A stretch of DNA of 36,167 nucleotides from a virus (lineage: Duplodnaviria; Heunggongvirae; Uroviricota; Caudoviricetes). This document shows, one piece after another, positions 21,822-31,691 of this stretch; the first letter of the stretch is position 1, and each line of letters opens with the position of its first letter. Made by a program: the position numbers and the translations under genes. The DNA lies in IMG/VR virus record IMGVR_UViG_2657245430_000003; one strand, given 5' to 3'. The notes below the pieces were generated by a model. It saw nothing but the letters and a program-made list of their open reading frames with translations. It was not told the origin of the DNA and made no database searches.

Positions 21822-22360
21822 AAACGGGGGCTGAAGCCATCCGGGCACTGGCCACACAGCTCCCGGCGTTTCGTCAGAAACTGAGTGACGGCTGGTATCA
21901 GGTGCGCATTGCCGGGCGTGATGCAGGTGAAACCGAATTGTCTGCCCGTCTTAATGAGCCGCTGGCAAATGGTGCAGTGATCCACATAGTACCGCGTCTG
22001 GTGGGAGCTAAAAGTGGCGGTGTGTTTCAGGCGGTGCTGGGGGCGGCTGTTATGGCGGTTGCTATATGGATGCCGGGGGTAGGAATTATGGCGAGTAATC
22101 TGCTGTTTTCTCTCGGTGCCAGTATGACGCTTGGCGGTGTTGCACAGATGCTGGCACCGAAAGCCAGAACTCCCCGTACACAGACAACGGATAACGGTAA
22201 GCAGAACACCTATTTCTCCTCACTGGATAACATGGTTGCCCAGGGCAATGTTCTGCCCGTTCTGTACGGTGAAATGCGCGTGGGGTCACGTGTGGTTTCT
22301 CAGGAGATCAGCACGGCAGACGAAGGGGACGGTGGTCAGGTTGTGGTGATTGGTCGCTGA
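21719..22360 (+). CDS. I: tail tip assembly protein I, variant 213-aa allele
   Basis: N- and C-termini conserved. The central segment (AGRDAGETELSARLNEPLANGAVIHIVPRLVGAKSGGVFQAVLGAAVMAVAIWMPGVGIMASNLL) differs from the other I copies, a mosaic pattern. Confidence 0.85.
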   Translation: MAATHTLPLASPGMARICLYGDLQRFGRRIDLRVKTGAEAIRALATQLPAFRQKLSDGWYQVRIAGRDAGETELSARLNEPLANGAVIHIVPRLVGAKSGGVFQAVLGAAVMAVAIWMPGVGIMASNLLFSLGASMTLGGVAQMLAPKARTPRTQTTDNGKQNTYFSSLDNMVAQGNVLPVLYGEMRVGSRVVSQEISTADEGDGGQVVVIGR

Positions 22361-22420
22361 TGCAAAATGTTTTATGTGAAACCGCCTGCGGGCGGTTTTG
22401 TCGTTTATGGAGCGTGAGGA

Positions 22421-24985
22421 ATGGGTAAAGGCAGCAGTAAGGGGCATACCCCGCGCGAAGCGAAGGACAACCTGAAATCCACGCAGTTGCTGAGTGTGAT
22501 TGATGCCATCAGCGAAGGGCCGGTTGACGGTCCGGTGGATGGATTAAAAAGCGTGCTGCTGAACGGTACGCCGGTCCTGGACAGCGAGGGGAAGACAAAC
22601 TTTTCCGGTGTTACGGTGGTGTTCCGTGCAGGTGAGCAGGAGCAGACACCGCCGGAGGGTTTTGAATCCTCCGGCTCCGAGACGGTGCTGGGTACGGAAG
22701 TGAAATATGACACGCCGATCACCCGGACCATCACGTCGGCAAACATCGACCGTCTGCGCCTGACCTTCGGTGTGCAGGCACTGGTGGAAACCACCTCAAA
22801 GGGTGACCGGAATCCGTCGGAAGTCCGCCTGCTGGTTCAGATACAGCGTAACGGTGGCTGGGTGACGGAAAAAGACATCACCATTAAGGGCAAAACCACC
22901 TCGCAGTATCTGGCCTCGGTGGTGGTGGATAACCTGCCGCCGCGCCCGTTTAATATCCGGATGCGCAGAATGACGCCGGACAGCACCACAGACCAGCTGC
23001 AGAACAAAACGCTCTGGTCGTCATACACCGAAATCATCGATGTGAAACAGTGCTACCCGAACACGGCGCTGGTCGGCGTGCAGGTGGATTCAGAGCAGTT
23101 CGGTAACCAGCAGGTGAGTCGCAATTATCATCTTCGCGGGCGCATTCTGCAGGTGCCGTCGAACTATAACCCGCAGACGCGGCAATACAGCGGTATCTGG
23201 GACGGAACGCTTAAGCCAGCATACAGCAACAACATGGCCTGGTGTCTGTGGGACATGCTCACTCATCCGCGCTACGGCATGGGGAAACGTCTTGGTGCGG
23301 CAGATGTGGATAAATGGGCGCTGTATGTCATCGGCCAGTACTGCGACCAGTCAGTGACGGACGGATTTGGCGGCACGGAGCCGCGCATCACCTGTAACTC
23401 TTACCTGACCACACAGCGTAAGGCGTGGGATGTTCTCAGTGATTTCTGCTCGGCGATGCGCTGTATGCCGGTATGGAACGGACAGATGCTGACGTTCGTG
23501 CAGGACCGACCGTCGGATAAGGTGTGGACCTATAACCGCAGTAATGTGGTGATGCCGGATGATGGCGCGCCGTTCCGCTACAGTTTCAGCGCCCTGAAAG
23601 ACCGCCATAATGCCGTTGAGGTGAACTGGATTGACCCAGATAACGGCTGGGAGACGGCGACAGAGCTTGTGGAGGATACGCAGGCCATTGCCCGTTACGG
23701 TCGTAATGTCACGAAGATGGATGCCTTTGGCTGTACCAGCCGGGGGCAGGCACACCGAGCCGGGCTGTGGCTGATTAAAACGGAACTGCTGGAAACGCAG
23801 ACCGTGGACTTCAGCGTGGGCGCAGAAGGGCTTCGCCATGTACCGGGTGATGTCATTGAAATCTGCGATGATGATTATGCCGGTATCAGCACCGGTGGTC
23901 GCGTACTGGCGGTGAACAGCCAGACCCGGACGCTGACGCTCGACCGTGAAATCACGCTGCCGTCCTCCGGTACCACGCTGATAAGCCTGGTTGACGGAAG
24001 TGGCAATCCGGTCAGCGTGGAGGTCCAGTCCGTCACCGACGGCGTGAAGGTGAAAGTGAGCCGGGTTCCTGACGGCGTTGCAGAATACAGCGTGTGGGGG
24101 CTGAAGCTGCCGACGCTGCGCCAGCGTCTGTTCCGCTGCGTGAGTATCCGTGAGAACGACGACGGCACGTATGCCATCACCGCCGTGCAGCATGTGCCGG
24201 AAAAAGAGGCCATCGTGGATAACGGGGCACACTTTGACGGTGACCGGCGCGGCACGGTGAATGGTGTCACGCCGCCAGCGGTGCAGCATCTGACCGCCGA
24301 AGTCACCGCAGACAGCGGGGAATATCAGGTGCTGGCGCGATGGGACACGCCGAAGGTGGTGAAGGGTGTGAGCTTCCTGCTTCGCCTGACCGTGGCAGCG
24401 GACGACGGCAGTGAGCGGCTGGTCAGCACAGCCAGGACGACGGAAACCACATACCGCTTCAGGCAGCTGGCGCTGGGGAATTACAGTCTGACAGTCCGGG
24501 CGGTAAATGCCCGGGGGCAGCAGGGCGATCCGGCGTCGGTATCGTTCCGGATTGCGGCACCGGCAGCGCCTGTCACTATTGAACTGATACCGGGGTATTT
24601 TCAGATAACGGCGGTCCCGAAACTGGCTGTATATGACCCGACGGTGCAGTTTGAGTTCTGGTTTTCGGAAAAGCGGATTGCGGATATCAGGCAGGTTGAA
24701 ACCAGCGCCCGCTATCTTGGCACGGCGCTGTACTGGATAGCCGCCAGTATCAATATCAGGCCGGGCCATGATTATTATTTTTACGTTCGCAGTGTGAACA
24801 CCGTTGGCAAATCGGCATTTGTGGAGGCCATCGGTCGGGCGAGCGATGATGCAGAAGGTTATCTGAATTTTTATAAAGGGTTGATCAATAAAACGCATCT
24901 CGGCAAGGAGTTGTGGACGCAGATTGATAACGGTCAGCTTGCGCCGGACCTGACTGAAATCAGGACGTCCATTACGAATGTCAGC
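22421..24985 (+). CDS. J: J protein, N-terminal about 855 aa, truncated at the N at 24986
   Basis: Longest continuous J segment. Ends ...[12 protein letters not shown] at the join. Confidence 0.85.
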
Positions 24986-24986
24986 N

Positions 24987-26424
24987 GGCTGGGAGACGGC
25001 GACAGAGCTTGTGGAGGATACGCAGGCCATTGTCCGTTACGGTCGTAACGTCACGAAGATGGATGCCTTTGGCTGTACCAGCCGGGGGCAGGCACACCGC
25101 GCCGGGCTGTGGCTGATTAAAACGGAACTGCTGGAGACGCAGACCGTGGATTTCAGCGTGGGTGCTGAAGGGCTTCGTCATGTACCGGGCGATGTCATTG
25201 AAATCTGCGATGATGACTATGCCGGTATCCGCACCGGCGGGCGCGTGCTGGCGGTGAACAGCCAGACCCGGACGCTGACGCTCGACCGTGAAATCACGCT
25301 GCCGTCCTCCGGTACCACGCTGATAAGCCTGGTTGACGGAAGTGGCAATCCGGTCAGCGTGGAGGTCCAGTCCGTCACCGACGGCGTGAAGGTGAAAGTG
25401 AGCCGGGTTCCTGACGGCGTTGCAGAATACAGCGTGTGGGGGCTGAAGCTGCCGACGCTGCACCAGCGATTGTTCCGCTGCGTGAGTATCCGTGAGAACG
25501 ACGACGGCACGTATGCCATCACCGCCGTGCAGCATGTGCCGGAAAAAGAAGCCATCGTGGATAACGGGGCGCACTTTGACGGCGACCAGAGCGGCACGGT
25601 GAATGGTGTCACGCCGCCAGCGGTGCAGCACCTGACTGCCGAAGTCACCGCAGACAGCGGGGAATATCAGGTGCTGGCGCGATGGGACACGCCGAAGGTG
25701 GTGAAGGGTGTGAGCTTCCTGCTTCGCCTGACCGTGGCAGCGGACGACGGCAGTGAGCGGCTGGTCAGCACAGCCAGGACGACGGAAACCACATACCGCT
25801 TCAGGCAGCTGGCGCTGGGGAATTACAGTCTGACAGTCCGGGCGGTAAATGCCCGGGGGCAGCAGGGCGATCCGGCGTCGGTATCGTTCCGGATTGCCGC
25901 ACCGGCAGCGCTGTCGCGGATTGAGCTGACGCCGGGCTATTTTCAGATAACCGCCACGCCGCATCTTGCGGTTTATGATCCGACGGTACAGTTTGAGTTC
26001 TGGTTCTCGGAAAAGCGGATTGCGGATATCAGGCAGGTTGAAACCACAGCACGCTATCTTGGCACGGCGCTGTACTGGATAGCCGCCAGTATCAATATCA
26101 AACCGGGCCATGATTATTACTTTTATATCCGCAGTGTGAACACCGTTGGCAAATCGGCATTCGTGGAGGCTGTTGGTCAGCCGAGTGATGATGCATCCGG
26201 TTATCTGGATTTTTTCAAAGGCGAGATAGGGAAAACCCATCTGGCTCAGGAGCTGTGGACGCAGATTGATAACGGTCAGCTTGCGCCTGACCTGGCTGAA
26301 ATCAGGACGTCCATTACGGATGTCAGCAATGAAATCACGCAGACCGTCAATAAGAAACTGGAAGACCAGAGTGCGGCAATTCAGCAGATACAGAAGGTTC
26401 AGGTTGATACAAATAATAACCTGA
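24987..26424 (+). CDS. J: J protein internal fragment (lambda J about residue 405 to 880), bounded by Ns on both sides
   Basis: [29 protein letters not shown] ... [11 protein letters not shown]. It re-covers J sequence already present at 23640-24985, with substitutions. Confidence 0.75.
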
Positions 26425-26425
26425 N

Positions 26426-27902
26426 CAGCACGGCCCGGACGACGGAAACCACTTACCGCTTCACACAACTGGCGCTGGGGAACTACAGGCTGACAGTCCG
26501 GGCAGTAAATGCGTGGGGGCAGCAGGGCGATCCGGCGTCGGTATCGTTCCGGATTGCGGCACCGGCAGCGCCTGTCACTATTGAACTGATACCGGGGTAT
26601 TTTCAGATAACGGCGGTCCCGAAACTGGCTGTATATGACCCGACGGTGCAGTTTGAGTTCTGGTTTTCGGAAAAGCGGATTGCGGATATCAGGCAGGTTG
26701 AAACCACAGCACGCTATCTTGGCACGGCGCTGTACTGGATAGCCGCCAGTATCAATATCAAACCGGGCCATGATTATTACTTTTATATCCGCAGTGTGAA
26801 CACCGTTGGCAAATCGGCATTCGTGGAGGCTGTTGGTCAGCCGAGTGATGATGCATCCGGTTATCTGGATTTTTTCAAAGGCGAGATAGGGAAAACCCAT
26901 CTGGCTCAGGAGCTGTGGACGCAGATTGATAACGGTCAGCTTGCGCCGGACCTGACTGAAATCAGGACGTCCATTACGAATGTCAGCAATGAAATCACGC
27001 AAACCGTCAATAAAAAACTGGAAAATCAGAGTGCTGCAATCCAGCAGATACAGAAAGTTCAGGTTGATACAAATAATAACCTGAACAGCATGTGGGCTGT
27101 GAAGCTGCAACAGATGAAGGACGGACGCCTTTATATTGCGGGTATCGGTGCCGGTATTGAGAATACGCCAGCAGGAATGCAGAGTCAGGTGCTGCTGGCG
27201 GCAGACAGGATTGCGATGATTAATCCTGCGAATGGCAACACAAAGCCGATGTTTGTTGGTCAGGGCGATCAGATATTCATGAACGACGTGTTCCTGAAAT
27301 GCCTGACGGCTCCGACCATTACCAGCGGCGGTAATCCTCCGGCATTTTCCCTGACACCTGGCGGACGGCTGACGGCGAAAAATGCCGATATCAGCGGTAA
27401 CGTGAACGCGAACTCCGGGACGCTCAACAACGTCACGATTAATAAGAACTGTCGGGTTCTGGGAAAATTGTCCGCGAACCAGATTGAAGGCGATCTCGTT
27501 AAAACAGTGGGCAAACCTTTCCCACGGGACTCCCGGGCACCGGAGAGGTGGCCATCAGGGACCATTACCGTCAGGGTTTATGACGATCAGCCGTTTGATC
27601 GGCAAATTGTTATTCCCGCGGTGGCGTTTCGCGGTGCTAAACATGAGCGGAAGAATAACAATATTTATTCGTCATGCCGCCTGATAGTGAAGAAAAACGG
27701 TGCTGAAATTTATAACCGAACGACCCTGGATAATACGCTGATATATACGGGTGTTATTGATATGCCTGCCGGTCACGGTCACATGACGCTGGAGTTTTCT
27801 GTATCGGCATGGCTGGTAAATGGCTGGTATCCCACAGCAAGTATCAGCGATTTGCTGGTTGTGGTGATGAAGAAAGCCACTGCAGGCATCACGATTAGCT
27901 GA
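26426..27902 (+). CDS. J: J protein C-terminal fragment (receptor-binding region, variant 1) ending at the native stop
   Basis: [33 protein letters not shown]... to ...[14 protein letters not shown]. The C-terminal roughly 150 aa differ from the variant at 29191-31040 and from lambda. Confidence 0.8.
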
Positions 27903-27921
27903 ATTTTATAACCCAGATACG

Positions 27922-27948
27922 GGCACCAGAAATGGTGCCTTTTTTATT
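27922..27948 (+). terminator. intrinsic terminator after J (variant 1)
   Basis: GGCACC-AGAAAT-GGTGCC stem-loop followed by TTTTTTATT. Confidence 0.7.
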
Positions 27949-27969
27949 GCAGAAAAGCGAGAGGTAATT

Positions 27970-28569
27970 ATGCGTAAAGTTTGTGCAGCCATTTTGTCCG
28001 CAGCCATTTGCCTGGCCGTATCCGGTGCGCCTGCATGGGCGTCTGAACATCAGTCCACGCTGAGCGCCGGGTATCTTCAGACCCATACTGATATGCCAGG
28101 CAGCGATGACCTGAAGGGCATTAACGTGAAATACCGTTATGAGTTTACGGACACGCTGGGGCTGATTACGTCATTCAGTTATGCCAACGCTGAAGATGAG
28201 CAAAAAACGCATTACAGCGATACCCGCTGGCATGAGGATTCCGTGCGTAACCGCTGGTTCAGCGTGATGGCGGGGCCGTCTGTGCGCGTGAATGAATGGT
28301 TCAGCGCGTATGCGATGGCGGGCGTGGCTTACAGCCGTGTGTCGACCTTCTCCGGGGATTATCTCCGCGTAACTGACAACAAGGGGAAAACGCACGATGT
28401 GCTGACCGGAAGTGATGGCGGTCGCCACAGCAACACGTCTCTGGCGTGGGGGGCTGGCGTGCAGTTTAACCCGACCGAATCCGTGGCCATTGACCTTGCT
28501 TATGAAGGTTCCGGCAGTGGTGACTGGCGCACTGACGGTTTCATCGTGGGTGTCGGTTATAAATTCTGA
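27970..28569 (+). CDS. lom: Lom-family (Ail/Lom/OmpX) outer-membrane beta-barrel protein
   Basis: 199 aa with a signal peptide (MRKVCAAILSAAICLAVSGAPAWA). The C-terminus ...AYEGSGSGDWRTDGFIVGVGYKF is identical to the lambda Lom C-terminus from memory. Position after J is as in lambda. Confidence 0.9.
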   Translation: MRKVCAAILSAAICLAVSGAPAWASEHQSTLSAGYLQTHTDMPGSDDLKGINVKYRYEFTDTLGLITSFSYANAEDEQKTHYSDTRWHEDSVRNRWFSVMAGPSVRVNEWFSAYAMAGVAYSRVSTFSGDYLRVTDNKGKTHDVLTGSDGGRHSNTSLAWGAGVQFNPTESVAIDLAYEGSGSGDWRTDGFIVGVGYKF

Positions 28570-28595
28570 TTAGCCAGGTAACACAGTGTTATGAC

Positions 28596-28622
28596 AGCCC
28601 GCCGGTTCAGGCGGGCTTTTTT
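28596..28622 (+). terminator. intrinsic terminator after lom
   Basis: AGCCCGCC-GGTTCA-GGCGGGCT stem followed by a run of 6 T. Confidence 0.8.
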
Positions 28623-28633
28623 GTGGGGTGAAT

Positions 28634-28960
28634 ATGGCAGTAAAGATTTCAGGTGTACTGAAAGATGGGGCGGGTAAACCTGTCGTAAATTGTGCGATTG
28701 AACTGCGGGCCAGAAGAACCAGTCCGACCGTTGTGGCACACGTTGTTGCCACTTGCGTGACGGACAATAACGGTGCTTATGTGATTGAGGCTGAGCCGGG
28801 GTATTACGAGGTTGCGCTTCACTGTAACGGCTGGCAGCCAACCCGTGTCGGGGATATTGATGTGGCACCGACTGATGCACCGGGGACACTGAACGCGTTT
28901 CTGAATGCACCAAAGGATGGTGATTTACGTCCGGAGGTGATGAAGTGTCAGCGCCAGTGA
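28634..28960 (+). CDS. short protein with a side-tail-fibre (Stf) N-terminal-like start, 108 aa, not followed by a fibre shaft
   Basis: [12 protein letters not shown](A/T)GKPV.NC.I.L.A.R matches the Stf N-terminus at 31692. It diverges in the middle and only ends with a different reading at the C-terminus (RPEVMKCQRQ*), the DNA match to stf breaking off after CGTCCGGAGG. An IS21-family transposase start lies 87 nt downstream. Confidence 0.6.
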   Translation: MAVKISGVLKDGAGKPVVNCAIELRARRTSPTVVAHVVATCVTDNNGAYVIEAEPGYYEVALHCNGWQPTRVGDIDVAPTDAPGTLNAFLNAPKDGDLRPEVMKCQRQ

Positions 28961-29046
28961 TATAAGACGGTAATTCGCCATTTGGATTGTCCGCTCCACC
29001 CAACATGTTGTTTCCTTAAGGTTCTCACACCAGAAAGGACATCAAC

Positions 29047-29189
29047 ATGCTGAGCAGAGAGGACTTTTACATGATAAAGCAAATGCGCCAGCAGGGCGCG
29101 TACATCGTCGATATTGCGACTCAGATTGGTTGCTCTGAACGGACGGTCAGACGCTACCTCAAATACCCTGAACCGCCAGCCAGAAAGAC
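29047..29189 (+). mobile_element. IS21-family transposase (IstA) 5' fragment, cut by the N at 29190
   Basis: MLSREDFYMIKQMRQQGAYIVDIATQIGCSERTVRRYLKYPEPPARK, the helix-turn-helix N-terminus typical of IS21-family IstA. The IS left end probably lies between 28961 and 29046 but I cannot place the terminal inverted repeat. Confidence 0.7.
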
Positions 29190-29190
29190 N

Positions 29191-31040
29191 CTGACGGCGT
29201 TGCAGAATACAGCGTGTGGGGGCTGAAGCTGCCGACGCTGCGCCAGCGTCTGTTCCGCTGCGTGAGTATCCGTGAGAACGACGACGGCACGTATGCCATC
29301 ACCGCCGTGCAGCATGTGCCGGAAAAAGAGGCCATCGTGGATAACGGGGCACACTTTGACGGTGACCGGCGCGGCACGGTGAATGGTGTCACGCCGCCAG
29401 CGGTGCAGCATCTGACCGCCGAAGTCACCGCAGACAGCGGGGAATATCAGGTGCTGGCGCGATGGGACACGCCGAAGGTGGTGAAGGGTGTGAGCTTCCT
29501 GCTTCGCCTGACCGTGGCAGCGGACGACGGCAGTGAGCGGCTGGTCAGCACAGCCAGGACGACGGAAACCACATACCGCTTCAGGCAGCTGGCGCTGGGG
29601 AATTACAGTCTGACAGTCCGGGCGGTAAATGCCCGGGGGCAGCAGGGCGATCCGGCGTCGGTATCGTTCCGGATTGCGGCACCGGCAGCGCCTGTCACTA
29701 TTGAACTGATACCGGGGTATTTTCAGATAACGGCGGTCCCGAAACTGGCTGTATATGACCCGACGGTGCAGTTTGAGTTCTGGTTTTCGGAAAAGCGGAT
29801 TGCGGATATCAGGCAGGTTGAAACCAGCGCCCGCTATCTTGGCACGGCGCTGTACTGGATAGCCGCCAGTATCAATATCAGGCCGGGCCATGATTATTAT
29901 TTTTACGTTCGCAGTGTGAACACCGTTGGCAAATCGGCATTTGTGGAGGCCATCGGTCGGGCGAGCGATGATGCAGAAGGTTATCTGAATTTTTATAAAG
30001 GGTTGATCAATAAAACGCATCTCGGCAAGGAGTTGTGGACGCAGATTGATAACGGTCAGCTTGCGCCTGACCTGGCTGAAATCAGGACGTCCATTACGGA
30101 TGTCAGCAATGAAATCACGCAGACCGTCAATAAGAAACTGGAAGACCAGAGTGCGGCAATTCAGCAGATACAGAAGGTTCAGGTTGATACAAATAATAAC
30201 CTGAACAGCATGTGGGCTGTGAAGCTGCAGCAGATGCAGGACGGACGCCTTTATATCGCGGGTATTGGTGCCGGTATTGAGAACACCCCTGACGGCATGC
30301 AGAGTCAGGTGCTGCTGGCGGCGGACAGGATTGCGATGGTTAATCCTGCGAATGGCAACACAAAACCGATGTTTGTTGGTCAGGGCGATCAGATATTCAT
30401 GAACGACGTGTTCCTGAAACGCCTGACGGCCCCCACCATTACCAGCGGTGGAAATCCATCGGCATTTTCCCTGACTCCGGACGGAAAGCTGACCGCTAAA
30501 AATGCGGATATCAGTGGCAGTGTGAATGCGAACGCCGGGACGCTCAACAATGTCACGGTAAATGAAAACTGTACGATTAAGGGCATGCTGGAGGCGACTC
30601 AGGTCAGAGGTGACTTCGTTAAAGCTGTATCCAAATCATTTCCGAAACAGGCTGGTACGTGGGGTAACACGGAAACACCAAACGGGACGGTTACAGTCAC
30701 CATAAGCGATGATCATAACTTTGACCGCCAGATTATTATTCCGCCCATTATTTTTAACGGTATAGCGTATGACGATCCGGGGAGCGGAAATAACCCAGGA
30801 GGCACGCGATACACGGGTTATGGTTTTGAAGTTCGCAAAAACGGCGTATTAATCGCATCCAGAGAAACTAAAGGTGCCATTCCCGGTAGTTACAGTGCAG
30901 TTATTGATATGCCTAGTGGTGGTGGTAGCGTCACTCTGGAGTTTAAGATTTTCCAGAAAGGCAATCAGGGGGCAGGCAATATCACCGACTGTACGGTGAT
31001 TGTGACCAAAAAAGCGGCTTCCGGCATCAGTATTCGTTGA
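29191..31040 (+). CDS. J: J protein C-terminal fragment (lambda J about residue 545 to end; receptor-binding region, variant 2)
   Basis: ..[29 protein letters not shown]... to ...[15 protein letters not shown]. The C-terminal domain differs from variant 1 (26426-27902) and from lambda. Confidence 0.85.
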
Positions 31041-31062
31041 AATATTTATAACCCCAATAAAT

Positions 31063-31088
31063 GGCGTCAGGAATGACGCCTTTTTTAT
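31063..31088 (+). terminator. intrinsic terminator after J (variant 2)
   Basis: GGCGTCA-GGAA-TGACGCC stem followed by TTTTTTATT. Confidence 0.75.
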
Positions 31089-31110
31089 TGCAGAAAAGCG
31101 AGAGGTAATT

Positions 31111-31626
31111 ATGCGTAAAGTTTGTGCAGCCATTTTGTCCGCAGCCATTTGCCTGGCCGTATCCGGTGCGCCTGCATGGGCGTCTGAACATCAGTCCACG
31201 CTGAGCGCGGGGTATCTTCATGCCCGGACCAACGTTCCCGGCAGTGATGATCTGAACGGGATTAACGTGAAATACCGTTATGAGTTTACGGATACGCTGG
31301 GGCTGGTGACGTCATTCAGCTATGCAGGAGACAAGAATCGCCAGCTGACCCGTTACAGCGATACCCGCTGGCATGAAGATTCCGTGCGTAACCGCTGGTT
31401 CAGCGTGATGGCGGGGCCGTCTGTGCGCGTGAATGAATGGTTCAGCGCGTATGCGATGGCGGGTGTGGCTTACAGCCGTGTGTCGACTTTTTCCGGGGAT
31501 TATATCCGCGTAACTGACAATAAGGGGAAAACGCACGATGTGCTGACCGGAAGTGATGACGGTCGCCACAGCAACACGTCTCTGGCGCACTGACGGTTTC
31601 ATCGTGGGTGTCGGTTATAAATTCTG
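31111..31626 (+). pseudogene. lom: lom, disrupted by an 83-bp internal deletion causing frameshift and a premature stop at 31593
   Basis: Matches the intact lom at 27970-28569 up to ...HSNTSLA, then jumps to the last 37 bp. The missing 83 bp are flanked in the intact copy by the direct repeat CTGGCG. Confidence 0.8.
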
Positions 31627-31653
31627 ATTAGCCAGGTAACACAGTGTTATGAC

Positions 31654-31680
31654 AGCCCGCCGGTTCAGGCGGGCTTTTTT
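31654..31680 (+). terminator. intrinsic terminator after lom (second copy)
   Basis: Same AGCCCGCC-GGTTCA-GGCGGGCT hairpin plus T-run as at 28596. Confidence 0.8.
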
Positions 31681-31691
31681 GTGGGGTGAAT

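Noticed and set aside
16171-22360. Repeated L-K-I-J blocks that could be read as a genuine tandem gene amplification or a repeat array
   Set aside because: Every repeat boundary coincides with an N and a non-collinear jump, and the copies differ by scattered substitutions. Scaffolded paralogous contigs explain this more simply. It is not CRISPR-like: the units are kilobase-scale coding sequence with no short direct repeat and spacer structure.
23351-27110. Very long minus-strand ORFs (559 and 709 aa) antisense to J
   Set aside because: They are Arg/Pro/Cys-rich with no start context and lie fully inside the well-supported J frame. Long antisense ORFs are expected in GC-rich coding DNA. The same applies to the minus-strand ORFs at 1900-2667, 2995-3471, 7387-7938, 12229-13841 and 14840-15583.
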